From: Macrostomum lignano
Taxonomy: Eukaryota
Assembly (NCBI GenBank): GCA_002269645.1
Contig: NIVC01001232.1
Location: forward strand, 128,599-192,598
DNA length: 64,000 nucleotides
Direction of reading: 5' to 3'
Shown: positions 23,859 through 35,560 of the stretch, in pieces
Layout of the letters: each line of letters opens with the position of its first letter
How positions within the stretch are numbered: position 1 is the first letter of the stretch
Translations under genes and position numbers: made by a program
The notes under the pieces: generated by a model
The model's database searches: none
What the model saw: only the letters and a program-made list of their open reading frames with translations
Told to the model about the DNA's origin: nothing

Positions 23859-26800
23859 ATGGCCATCCGCAGTGCACCCCAGACGGCGTACCAGGCCACC
23901 GCCAGTGCCACTGGTCCAACTAGTTTTGTGCCGCCAGCCCCGGCCGCTCCGGCTTCCTTCACGGCGGCCGCTGCGGCAAGCGTTGTAGCCGCTCCCTACA
24001 CCTACGCGGCCGCTCCGACCGCTTATCCGGCCGCTGCGGCGGCGGCTGCAGCAGCGGCGGCGGCGGCCTACCAGCAGCAGCAACGGCCTCCACCTCCGCC
24101 GCCACCAGCGGCGCCACAGTCTGGCAGCGGCCGGGTCTTCCAGCCGGCCTGGACAACAACTGCCCCGTCTTATCAATCGTTCACGGCCAATACTGCCACC
24201 CCGGCTGTGGCTAAGGTCGCCCCACCGCCGCCGCCTCCGCCTCCGCCCCTGCCGCCGCCCAAGCTGGCTTATCAACCGCCTGCTGCCTCGGCTGGCAAAC
24301 AGCATCAGCAGTTCATGCCGGAGGGCTTCGGCGGCGGCGGCGGCCAGAATTGGTTCGGCCAGCAGGCTCCCGGCGGGTTCCGGCAGCCGCATCATCATCA
24401 GCAGCATCAGCATCGGCACCAGTTCGGCGCCGGCGGTTATCAGCAGCAGCAGCGCCGGCCTCCATTTCGCCCCGGCGGACCGCGGCGGCCCTACAACCAG
24501 CAGCAGCAACAGCAGAAGCAGCCTGGCCAGCCCAATCTGGCCTCGCTTCAATACTGCGAAGTGTGCAAGATCAGCTGCGCCGGGCCGCAGACCTTCAAGG
24601 AGCATCTGAACGGCCAGAAGCACAAGAAGCGCGAGGCCGCAGCCAAGCGGCAGCAGGAGGAATCTGCTAAGCCGAATCAGAAACAGCTGCGCTGCGAACT
24701 CTGCGACGTCACCTGCACCGGCGCCGACGCCTACGCGTCGCATATTCGCGGATCCAAGCATTTGAAAACTGCCAAGCTGCACACTAGGCTGGGCAAGTCT
24801 CTGCCTAGCACTGATCCTATTATAGTACAGGGCTCGGTTGTCACCTCAGCTGCCGGTGCCAATCAGCAGCAGCAGCAGTCACAGCCTGCGCCGAAGCAGC
24901 AGCAGCCGACACCGGCCGTCAAGCAGCGAGTTGTCGGTGCGCCTCGGTTCGGCTTCGTGCCCGGCTCCGCTTTGAAAAGTGTGGCCTCCGATGAGGCGGC
25001 CACCCCGGCTGCTGGGCCGCCACAAACCGCCGATAGCGGGGCAGCCAGCGGCCAGACAGCGCCGGCTTCGTCTGCAACTGTTGAGCAGCAGCAGCAGCAG
25101 CAGCATGTTGAGCTGGCCGTACTGCAGGAGCGCGAATACGTGGCCCCGGTTGGCTCCGAGTATATTGACGAGTTGCCTAACGAGCAGGGCAACAAAGCTG
25201 TGCAATATCATTGCAAACTGTGCGACTGCAGATTTAACGATCCGCACGCCAAGGAGATGCATTTGAAGGGCCGGCGGCACAGGCTGCAGTATAAACGAAA
25301 GGTGCGTCTTTTTACATTGATAACTGGAGACTGAATTAGGGCGCATAGGAATAGATGTAAACCAATGGGTCTGATTAGACAGCAGCAGATCTACTGAATC
25401 TCTGAGGTAGACAGCAGCAGATCTACTGGATCTCTGGGGTAGACAGCAGCAGATCTACTGAATCTCTGAGGTAGACAGCAGCAGATCTACTGAATCTCTG
25501 AGGTAGACAGCAGCAGATCTACTGAATCTCTGAGGTAGACAGCAGCAGATCTACTGAATCTCTGAGGTAGACAGCAGCAGATCTACTGAATCTCTGAGGT
25601 AGACAGTAGCAGATCTACTGAATCTCTGAGGTAGACAGCATCAAATCTACTGAATCTCTGAGGTAGACAGCAGCAGATCTACTGAATCTCTGAGGTAGAC
25701 AGCAGCAGATCTACTAAAACTCTATGGTAGACAGCAGCAGATCTACTGAATCTTTGGGGTAGACAGCAGCAGATCTACTAAAACTCTATGGTAGACAGCA
25801 GCAGATCTACTGAATCTCTGAGGTACGACGTAGACAGCAGCAGATCTACTGAATCTCTGGGGTTGACAGCATCAGATCTACTGAATCTCTGAGGTAGACA
25901 GCAGCAGATCTACTGAATCTCTGGGGTAGACAGCATCAGATCTACTGAATCTCTGGGGTAGACAGCAGCAGATCTACTGAATCTCTGAGGTAGACAGCAG
26001 CAGATCTACTGAAACTCTATGGTAGACAGCATCAGATCTACTGAATCTCTGGGGTAGACAGCAGCAGATCTACTGAATCTTTGGGGTAGACAGCAGCAGA
26101 TCTACTGAAACTCTATGGTAGACAGCAGCAGATCTACTGAATCTCTGAGGTACGACGTAGACAGCAGCAGATCTACTGAATCTCTGGGGTAGACAGCAGC
26201 AGACGACAGGAATCACCGGGTTAGGCAACAGGAATCACCAGGTTAGACAACAGGAATCACCGGGGTAGACAACAGGAATCACCGGGGTAGACAACAGCAG
26301 ATCTACAAATTAACTCCACAATGCCATCCAGGTGGACCCGAGCCTAGAAATAGAAGTGAAATCTGCAATGCGAGCCAATAAGCTGGAGTTCGCCCAGCCA
26401 ATCTGGGGCAGACGCATGGACCCGGCCAGAGTGAACGAATGGATGCAGCGTCACCGATCCCATTTCAATGTTGGCAGCGGCGTTGCCGCCCGACAGCGTG
26501 CTGTCCAGACCGAGAGCATCGACGATCGGCACCTGGCTGCCAAGCTGGCCACTCTGGCCCAGGCCGAGCCCGACAGGAAGGCCCTGGACGCCCTGGCTGC
26601 CCGATGCGAACAGGCGCTCCGTCAGGTCAGCGAGCAGCTGTCAGCTGACGGGCCTGAGCAGCAGCAGCAGAAGCAGCAATTGAACGGTGTAATGCGAATT
26701 GGCAGCCTGGCCAAAGATGTCACCCTGTTCTGGGACCGGCAGTGCGAGCTGGTGCTGCTGTGCTCGGCCTGGCCTGGCCGCAGTCTGGTTAAGCGCCTAA

Positions 26801-29800
26801 TTGAACTGCTGCCAGATCAGCTGTGCCCGCCCGACTCCGGCCAGGCTCTGCTGCTGACTGTGCAAACTGCCAGCTCGGGCGACTCACTGCTGGTGTCCTG
26901 CAGCGATGGGAGTCTGCGCTGCTGCATCAGCCTGACCTCTGTGGCTGTGCGCGATAGCGATGGCGGTGAGTATTCAATTATAGTTTTTATTATGAGCTTC
27001 CTTGTCGAGGGGGGCTGTTGTAGCCTAGTGGTTAGAGCGTCGGACTCACGACTGAAAGGTCGGGGGTTCGATTCCCGACCTACTCAGAACAATTTGTGTC
27101 CTTCGTCATTGAGCAAGACACTTGACTCTGCATTGCTTCAGCTCACCCAGCTGTAAAATTGGTGGGGTAAGCATTAGCTGGGGTAATTGTGAGTGTGTGT
27201 GGCAACCTCCCAGTCCTTGGACTGAACTACGGCGATATGTTGCGTAAATAACTTTACAAAGGGCGTGTAGTTTTGAGATTTCAGTAAGTCAAAAATATCA
27301 TTGTTGCGAGAAGAAATCTACATATAACTTTGCTTTGGTTTCATGTTGTGAGCAATTTTACGAGCAAATGCATCGCAGTACTTTAAATAATGCCGCAATC
27401 TGAGCTTTAGAGTTGGCATTCTAATTTTTAATTAATAATCATAAATTAAGCATTTGTAGAAATCATTTTGGAGAGAAGTTTTGCTATACTTGACCATCGA
27501 ATTGTTCGGATTCTTGATAATAAAAATAATCAATTATATATGCCATGAACAACCAGGAGATTAGTTATATTAATTTATGGTCAAATATACGCTTAACTTT
27601 GTTCTTTTTTATTATAAAATTTTTACTTGTAGCCGATTCTCAAGCTCAAAGCGATGATCTATTGGATAAGGAGAAGTGCTTGGAGGCTCTTGCCAATCTG
27701 CGACGAGCCAAATGGTTCCAGGTACAGTCTGATTTGCATTGTGTTCGCTCCTGTGCTTGTATTCTACTGTAGCCACTCAATGTAGCCTGTTATGAAATTT
27801 GCAGGTAACTGGCTTTTCCAGAACGGATTCCAAACTTTTCTGTTCTCAATAAACCAAACAGATATGAATGATGTTTTGCTTTTCTGGGCGGCCTGTCCCT
27901 TCCCCTGGTCCTGCAGTGGGCGGCCTGTCCCTTCCCCTGGTCCTGCAGTGGGCGGCCTGTCCCTTCCCCTGGTCCTGCAGTGGGCGGCCTGTCCCTTCCC
28001 CTGGTCCTGCAGTGGGCGGCCTGTCCCTTCCCCTGGTCCTGCAGTGGGCGGCCTATCCCTTCCCTGGTCCTGCAGTGGGCGGCCTGTCCCTTCCCCTGGT
28101 CCTGCAGTGGGCGGCCTGTCCCTTCCCCTGGTCCTGCAGTGGGCGGCCTATCCCTTTCCCTGGTCCTGCAGTGGGCGGCCTGTCCCTTCCCCTGGTCCTG
28201 CAGTGGGCGGCCTATCCCTTCCCCTGGTCCTGCAGTGAACGGCCTGTCCCTTCCCCTGGTCCTGCAGTGGGCGGCCTGTCCCTTCCCCTGGTCCTGCAGT
28301 GGGCGGCCTGTCCCTTCCCTTGTCCTGCAGTGGGCGGCCTGTCCCTTCCCTTGTCCTGCAGTGGGCGGCCTGTCCCTTCCCTTGTCCTGCAGTGGGCGGC
28401 CTGTCCCTTCCCTTGTCCTGCAGTGGGCGGCCTGTCCCTTCCCCTGGTCCTGCAGTGAACGGCCTGTCCCTTCCCCTGGTCCTGCAGTGGGCGGCCTGTC
28501 CCTTCCCCTGGTCCTGCAGTGGGCGGCCTGTCCCTTCCCCTGGTCCTGCAGTGGGCGCCCTTTCCCTTCCCTTGTCCTGCAGTGAACGGCCTGTCCCTTC
28601 CCCTGGTCCTGCAGTGGGCGGCCTGTCCCTTCCCCTGGTCCTGCAGTGGGCGGCCTGTCCCTTCCCCTGGTCCTGCAGTGGACGGCCTGTCCCTTCCCCT
28701 GGTCCTGCAGTGGGCGGCCTGTCCCTTCCCCTGGTCCTGCAGTGGGCGGCCTGTCCCTTCCCCTGGTCCTGCAGTGGGCGGCCTATCCCTTCCCTTGTCC
28801 TGCAGTGAACGGCCTGTCCCTTCCCCTGGTCCTGCAGTGGGCGGCCTGTCCCTTCCCCTGGTCCTGCAGTGGGCGGCCTGTCCCTTCCCCTGGTCCTGCA
28901 GTGGGCGGCCTGTCCCTTCCCCTGGTCCTGCAGTGGGCGGCCTGTCCCTTCCCCTGGTCCTGCAGTGGGCGGCCTATCCCTTCCCCTCGTCCTGCAGTGG
29001 GCGGTCTATCCCTTCCCCTCGTCCTGCAGTAGGCGGCCTATCCCTTCCCCTGGTCCTGCAGTGGGCACCCTATCCCTTCCCCTGGTCCTGCAGTGGGCGG
29101 CCTATCCCTTCCCCTGGTCCTGCAGTGGGCGGCCTATCCCTTCCCCTGGTCCTGCAGTGGGCGGCCTATCCCTTCCCCTGGTCCTGCAGTGAGCGGCCTA
29201 TCCCTTCCCCTCGTCCTGCAGTAGGCGGCCTATCCCTTCCCCTCGTCCTGCAGTAGGCGGCCTATCCCTTCCCCTGGTCCTGCATTGGGCGGCCTATCCC
29301 TTCCCCTGGTCCTGCAGTGGGCGGCCTGTCCCTTGGTCCTGCAGTGGGCGGCCTATCCCTTCCCCTCGTCCTGCAGTGGGCGGTCTATCCCTTCCCCTCG
29401 TCCTGCAGTAGGCGGCCTATCCCTTCCCCTGGTCCTGCAGTGGGCGGCCTATCCCTTCCCCTCGTCCTGCAGTGGGCGGTCTATCCCTTCCCCTCGTCCT
29501 GCAGTAGGCGGCCTATCCCTTCCCCTGGTCCTGCAGTGGGCACCCTATCCCTTCCCCTGGTCCTGCAGTGGGCACCCTATCCCTTCCCCTGGTCCTGCAG
29601 TGGGCGGCCTATCCCTTCCCCTGGTCCTGCAGTGGGCGGCCTATCCCTTCCCCTGGTCCTGCAGTGGGCGGCCTATCCCTTCCCCTGGTCCTGCAGTGGG
29701 CGGCCTATCCCTTCCCCTGGTCCTGCAGTGAGCGGCCTATCCCTTCCCCTGGTCCTGCAGTGGGCGGCCTGTCCCTTGGTCCTGCAGTGGGCGGCCTATC

Positions 29801-31201
29801 CCTTCCCCTCGTCCTGCAGTGGGCAGCCTGTCCCTTCCCCTGGTCCTGCAGTGGGCAGCCTGTCCCTTTGTCCCTTTCCTCCTTATTTCTCTCCATGTTC
29901 AGTCATCTTGAGCAGAAATTCGACACGAACATTTAAGGCTTGTATGCGAAAAATTGACCAGTGGGGGTTGACGTGCAATTCACAGCCATGAGGGCCAACC
30001 CCAAAGGCACAGGGAGTGTACATGCCTGACGATTATAAAATCAGGGCCGCTGTACACCCTGTGTGAGCGTGCGTACAGTATTGGCGCTCTTGCATGTGCT
30101 CAGAGGAGTCAGCGGAATGGGCAGAATTGCCTGTTCCACGCTTTTATCATCTGTTTTTTGCCTATTTTTGTCACCCGCAGGCTAAGGCCAGCCAGCTGGA
30201 GTCGTTCGTTCCCGTTGTCAAAATTGTACGCGATTTCCGGCGCAGAATTCCCGCCTGGGCTGCCCTGTCGGAATGGGTGAGATGGGTGTTTTATTATTGT
30301 TTGCACCCGCCTATTTATTTAAGGAGCATTCAATTCAATCATATTCTGAATTACTTAGTCAATCAGTCCCTGAATCATGAATCATTCCTTAAATCATCTA
30401 ATTAATCTTTCTCTGAATCATCCAACGAATCATTCCCCGAATTGTCTAATAAATCATTCCCTGAATCATCTAATAAATCATTACCTGAATCATCTAATTA
30501 ATCGTTCACCGAATCATCTAATAAATCATTCCCTAAATAATCTAATGAATCATTCTCTGAATCATCTAATTAATATTTCCCTGAATCATCCAATGAATCA
30601 TTCCCCGAATCATCTGATAAATCATTCCCTGAATCATCTAATGAATCATCCCATGAAACATTGCCTGACTTGCCTAGCTATGCCGAGGACCAAGCCTTCC
30701 CCAACACTTACCCACTCGCAGGCGGCGGAGCTCCTAATAGAAAAGTGCATCAGCTCCTACTGCGCGCCGTCAACGCCTAGCGAAGCCCTTCGCCGAGTCC
30801 TGGAGTGCCTGGCCTCCGGCCTGCTGCTGCCGGGCGGCCCCGGCCTGCTGGATCCCTGCGAGAAGAGCACCACGGACGCTGCCGGTGCCCTGTCCGCCCA
30901 GGAGCGCGAGGACCTGACCGCCGCAGCCCACCGGGCCGTCCGCCTCATGGCCTTCCGCCAGCTGCACCGCCTGCTAGATATGCAGCGTCTGCCAGCCGCC
31001 GCAGAGCACCGACGGGCTGGCGGAGCCGGCGTCAAGCGATCTGCCGCCGCCGCCGCCGCAGCCGATGATGGCGCCGACGCTGTGTCGGGCAGCGGCGACG
31101 CCGATGCAGCCGACGCCAGCGCGCCCAAGCAGACGCGGCGCAATAGTTGTCAAGACGAGGCCGACCCGGAGGCGGCGGTCGAGGCCGCGGATGAGCAATG
31201 A
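23859..31201 (+). CDS. ZFR: Zinc finger RNA-binding protein ZFR (3 zinc fingers plus DZF domain), exons 23859-25301, 26332-26965, 27633-27721, 30181-30276, 30722-31201
   Basis: Motifs YCEVCKISCAGPQTFKEHLNGQKHKK, LRCELCDVTCTGADAYASHIRGSKH and HCKLCDCRFNDPHAKEMHLKGRRHRLQYKRK|VDPSLEIEVK, then DZF motifs EKCLEALANLRRAKWFQ|AKA, W|AAELLIEK and LLDPCEK. All junctions are GT-AG and phase-compatible. The true N-terminus is uncertain. Confidence 0.95.
25372..26305. repeat. Minisatellite in ZFR intron 1 (32-bp unit, then a 21-bp unit)
   Basis: gtagacagcagcagatctactgaatctctgag repeated about 26 times, then gacaacaggaatcaccggggta-like units. Confidence 0.95.
27011..27230 (+). mobile_element. tRNA-derived SINE with CORE-like central domain in ZFR intron 2
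   Basis: A box TAGCCTAGTGG and B box GGTTCGATTCC, followed by TTGAGCAAGACACTTGACTC...CAGCTGTAAAAT resembling the CORE-SINE domain. A second copy lies at 63505-63683 on the minus strand. Confidence 0.85.
27885..29870. repeat. Minisatellite in ZFR intron 3 (32-bp unit)
   Basis: gggcggcctgtcccttcccctggtcctgcagt repeated about 60 times. Confidence 0.97.
29935..30080 (+). mobile_element. Fragment of a second SINE-like interspersed repeat
   Basis: ttcacagccatgagggccaacc...gtgtacatgcctga...ctgtacaccctgtgtgagcgt matches the reverse complement of 43360-43500. Confidence 0.75.
30360..30660. repeat. Minisatellite in ZFR intron 4 (24-bp unit)
   Basis: gaatcatctaataaatcattccct-like units; these explain the NHSLNHL N-terminus of ORF 30377. 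Confidence 0.9.
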
Positions 31202-31373
31202 CACTCGTGTTTCTTTGGAATTGACCGACTCAAAAAAAGTTCTTAATGTTCTTTAAAATTAAATAGTCACATTCTGCAGCCCGATGCTATATTGCTACTG
31301 TTGTGTTGTGCAGCTTTTGTAAACCGGGTTAATGACTACAGTAATTATAGTTCAAAGTGGTTGACACTAACAG

Positions 31374-31542
31374 TACTAATAGTAGTGTACTACCAGGGGT
31401 ATTTGGAAAGTTCTGGCACTTAATCTGCAAGCACAACTTTGGTGTCATTTTTAAGCGGCAAATTTCTCGTATGTTTTCGCCAATTTAACACGACACCAAA
31501 GTTGTGTTTGTAGCTTTAGAGGCTTTTCCACTACTATTAGTA
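31374..31542. mobile_element. About 170-bp palindromic MITE-like element in the ZFR 3' UTR
   Basis: Outer inverted repeat tactaatagtag / ctactattagta, flanked by TA. Inner perfect 15-bp inverted repeat cacaactttggtgtc (31432-31446) / gacaccaaagttgtg (31492-31506). Confidence 0.7.
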
Positions 31543-31798
31543 GCGATCTCGTGTTGTCATTTTCTTTGTATTTGTTTGTCCGCTTAATAATTTACTATTA
31601 TTATCCACGACTCCCGAGCCGCTATTTTTTAATTGTGGAGTCTGAAATAAAAATACAAACAATAATACTGTTTAACTATAGTAAATGCAGACTTCTAACA
31701 CAGTTGTCTGTTGATTAATGGAACATGCAATTCGCAAGATCCGTGAGCCAGTTCAGTATGCATATAGATATCTGATAGCCTCTATTCATGCACTTCGT

Positions 31799-33115
31799 TC
31801 ACTGACTTATTGTATCAGCTGTTTCCGATATGTAGCCTTAGTGAGTGTCCGGGTGCCATAGTGTGTCCATGGCGCCTTAGTGGGTGTCCGAGGTGCCATA
31901 GTGTGTCCATGGCGCCTTAGTGGGTGTCCGAGGTGCCATAGTGAGTGTCCGGGGCCCCATAGTGAGTGTCCGAGGTGCCATAGTAATTGTCCAGGGCGCC
32001 ATAGTAAGTGTCCGGGCGCCATAGTAAGTGTCCGGGCGCCATAGTGAGTGTCCGGGGCCCCATAGTGAGTGTCCGAGGTGCCATAGTAATTGTCCAGGGC
32101 GCCATAGTGAGTGTCCAAGATGCCATAGTGAGTGTCCGGGGCGCCACAGGGAGTGTCTGGGGCCCCATAGTGAGTGTCCGGGGCGCCACAGGGAGTGTCC
32201 GGGCGCCATAGTAAGTGTCCAGCAGGGCGCCATAGTAATTGTCCAGAGCGCCATAGTGAGTGTCCGGGCGCCATAGTAAGTGTCCAGCAGGGCGCGATAG
32301 TGAGCGTCCAGGGTGCCACACAGTGTCCGGGGTGCCATAGTGAGCGTCCGGGTGCCATAGCGAGTGTCCGAGGTGCCATAGTGAGTGTCCGGGGCGCCAC
32401 AGGGAGTGTCCGGGGCGCCATAGGGAGTGTCTGGAGCGCTAAATTTACTGTCGGAGCTCCAACTGAGTGTCCAGGAGCGCTGAATAATGGGTCTTTTAAT
32501 GGCAATGCCTTGGCTTAAGAGTTTAAAGTTTGTTTAACAGTCTTTAGAAGTTGGCGCGAATTCGAATCGAACTTCTGACCGCTCTTAAATTGCTACTATA
32601 CAGTCTGCAGTTAGTTCTGCAACAAATAATTTATTGTACTGGCCTAGCACTACCATGGTGTTGCTACACTGCTACAGAAATGCACGTACATCGATTGTAC
32701 ATTAAAATATTGTCAGTCACTCCAGCATCTCGTAGTAGCGGAACCACTGGAACGAGGGCGCGTAATATTTCTTTAGGAACATCAGCGCTTCTTGCTCTTC
32801 CTCGTCTGGCGCGTCCTCCGTTGTGCTGCTCTGGTTGATCAGGCTGGCTCTTTGGCGCCTTGTCAACTCGCTCCGACTGCTGCTGCTGCTGCTGGTGCCG
32901 CCACCGGCCGCAGCGCTGCTGCTGCTGCTGGCGCCGGCCCCCACAGCTCCGCTGCTGCTGGCTATCGACTCAGACTCGTCTTCTTTCTGCTGACTGTCAG
33001 CAGTGTTGTCAGCAGTCTCTTTTGGGCTATTATCGGGAGCGTTGTTATCGTTTGACGGAGCGTCTGTAGAGGTTGCTATAGTTACCTGTACGGTTGAGCC
33101 CTCGCTGTTGGACAT
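31799..33115 (-). CDS. Uncharacterised Ser/Gly/acidic protein of about 165 aa, putative exons 33115-32721, 32513-32449, 31836-31799
   Basis: GC-rich exon 1 from MSNSEGST. The donor GA|gtgact and acceptor cttaag|C give in-frame YYEMLDQGIAIKRPIIQRSWTLSW, and a third exon closes the frame. No family recognised. Confidence 0.45.
31850..32440. repeat. Minisatellite in the intron of the uncharacterised gene
   Basis: ccatagtgagtgtccggggcg-like units of 20-33 bp. Confidence 0.9.
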
Positions 33116-33464
33116 GGCGTAGTATTGATAACTATGTATGTATGATAAATATGTATTGATAACTAAAGCCAACACCGCACCTTGCTGATACAATTGAATC
33201 TACGATAGGAAAAGAGCGTAAAAGACTTTGTCTATGGTCGAAACTGCGATAATTGAGATCGAGAGCCTTCATTTATTTTATTCGTCTTTATGCAATGTAA
33301 ACGGGGAAACGTTTCAGTATCTGGCATGTATGCCGGTATAGTGAGGGCGCTACTATATAATCATGGCTTGCAACGATGTGTATAATTAAAAAAATATGAA
33401 ATTTTTGCTGATCAATTAATAAATACGACTCGAACAAAATCATATCCGACAGTAATGTCACCGT

Positions 33465-34020
33465 ACCCTGAGACAGCAGTGTAACCCCTCAGTGTCACCC
33501 TGAGACAGCAGTGTCACCCTGAGGACAGCAGTGTAACCCCTCAGTGTCACCCTGAGACAGCAGTGTCACCCTGAGGACAGCAGTGTAACCCCTCAGTGTC
33601 ACCCTGAGACAGCAGTGTCACCCTGAGGACAGCAGTGTAACCCCTCAGTGTCACCCTGAGACAGCAGTGTCACCCTGAGGACAGCAGTGTCGCCCTGAGG
33701 ACAGCAGTGTAACCCCTCAGTGTCACCCTGAGACAGCAGTGTCACCCTGAGGACAGCAGTGTCGCCCTGAGGACAGCAGTGTAACCCCTCAGTGTCACCC
33801 TGAGACAGCAGTGTCACCCTGAGGACAGCAGTGTCACCCTGAGGACAGCAGTGTCACCCTGAGGACAGCAGTGTCACCCTGAGATAGCAGTGTCACCCTG
33901 AGGACAGCAGTGTCACCTTAGTTGACACCAGCGTTACTCTGAGACAATAGTGTCACCCTGAGACAGCAGTGTCACCCTGAGGACAGCAGTGTCACCCTGA
34001 GACAGCAGTGTCATCTGACA
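33465..34020. repeat. Intergenic minisatellite (19/20-bp units with higher-order structure)
   Basis: gtgtcaccctgag(g)acagca units interspersed with gtgtaacccctca. Confidence 0.95.
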
Positions 34021-34419
34021 GTCCATAATTTTGAGGCGGGCGCCTCTTAGGTAGCAAGTTAAGGTCGCGCAAAAGAGAAATAAAATAAAAGTCTGAATGA
34101 CAGCTTGGAGTGATGATTAAATGGCCTCTCTGTTTGCTCCTGGGGTTGACTAGTTCCTGTCAATATTTGAGAACTCTACCGAGAAATTTTTTCATCCATC
34201 AGTTTACAACTTGCCAATGTCAGGTAATTTGTGAAAACTCATTAGTTAAATTGAATCTAGCGGACGTTGCGAGGCGACCGGCACCCAGGATCATGCAGTT
34301 AGTCACATGACCCCCACAGCACAGCAGAAAGTAAAGATGATTCACAGGGATGCCAAGGACAAGAAACTTGAAAACGCAGTTTAAAAATGACAAAGAGCTC
34401 AATGAACAAGAGCTTCAAG

Positions 34420-35010
34420 AGACACGGATATCCTGACACAAGAGCTCTAGAGACACGGATGTCCTCACACAAAAGCTCTAGAGACACGGATGTCCTCACA
34501 CAAGAGCTCTAGAGACACGGATGTCCTCACACAAGAGCTCTAGAGACACGGATGTCCTCACACAAGAGCTCTAGAGACACGGATGTCCTCACACAAGAGC
34601 TCTAGAGACACGGATGTCCTCACACAAGAGCTCTAGAGACACGGATGTCCTGACACGAGAGCTCAAGAGACACAGATGTCCTCACACAAGAGCTCTAGAG
34701 ACACGGATGTCCTCACACAAGAGCTCTAGAGACACGGATGTCCTCACACAAGAGCTCTAGAGACACGGATGTCCTCACACAAGAGCTCTAGAGACACGGA
34801 TGTCCTCACACAAGAGCTCTAGAGACACGGATGTCCTCACACAAGAGCTCTAGAGACACGGATGTCCTCACACAAGAGCTCTAGAGACACGGATGTCCTT
34901 ACACAAGAGCTCTAGAGACACGGATGTCCTCACACAAGAGCTCTAGAGACACGGATGTCCTCACACAAGAGCTCTAGAGACACGGATGTCCTCACACAAG
35001 AGCTCAACGG
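34420..35010. repeat. Intergenic minisatellite (31-bp unit)
   Basis: caagagctctagagacacggatgtcctcaca repeated about 18 times. Confidence 0.95.
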
Positions 35011-35560
35011 GAAATAGCTAGCCAAAAAGTGATGTCAAAGATGCTTATTAGCTAAAAGCAACACTTACTTCACGAGTATGCAGAAACAAATAATATGGAT
35101 AGAGAGTTTTTGTAGTGAATAATAAAAAAATTTTCATATATCATCGACAACAACATTACACTCTTAGCTGCGGTATGCAAATTGCATTTTCTATATTTAG
35201 CAACTGAGTAATCGAATCGCGTAATAACCTGCAGCACGAAATAAATTACTGCTGTTTATCTACGTCAATTGTTAATCTGGTTTACTGCCCAGATCAACAA
35301 GCCAGCTCCCGGTCTAGAATTTAATTGTCAATTTTGCGCTAACCTCTCCCGCATAATCCCATTCCCGCCTAATTGGACTCTGCTGCCAGGCCCTCATCAA
35401 CTGGGCAAGCGTCCACAACCCCCCTCTCAGACCCCACCTCTCTCGGAGCATCTCGCAGCATTAAAATTTAAAGTTGCCTTATCCGACCAACAGAGGCAGT
35501 CCATGTATTGTTAGCAGTTGAGCGCTGCAGTTTGTATTGCGATAAAAGTAATTCGTCCAG

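Noticed and set aside
23853-24782. 309-aa antisense ORF over ZFR exon 1
   Set aside because: Shadow of GC-rich Ala/Pro/Gln codons on the opposite strand; no independent motifs.
27011-27085. Apparent tRNA gene (A and B boxes, CAC in the anticodon-like loop)
   Set aside because: The acceptor stem does not pair, and the sequence continues into a SINE body found again at 63505-63683.
27792-29991. Overlapping repetitive ORFs (GPAVGGLSLPLVLQWAACP)n
   Set aside because: Translation products of the 32-bp intronic minisatellite.
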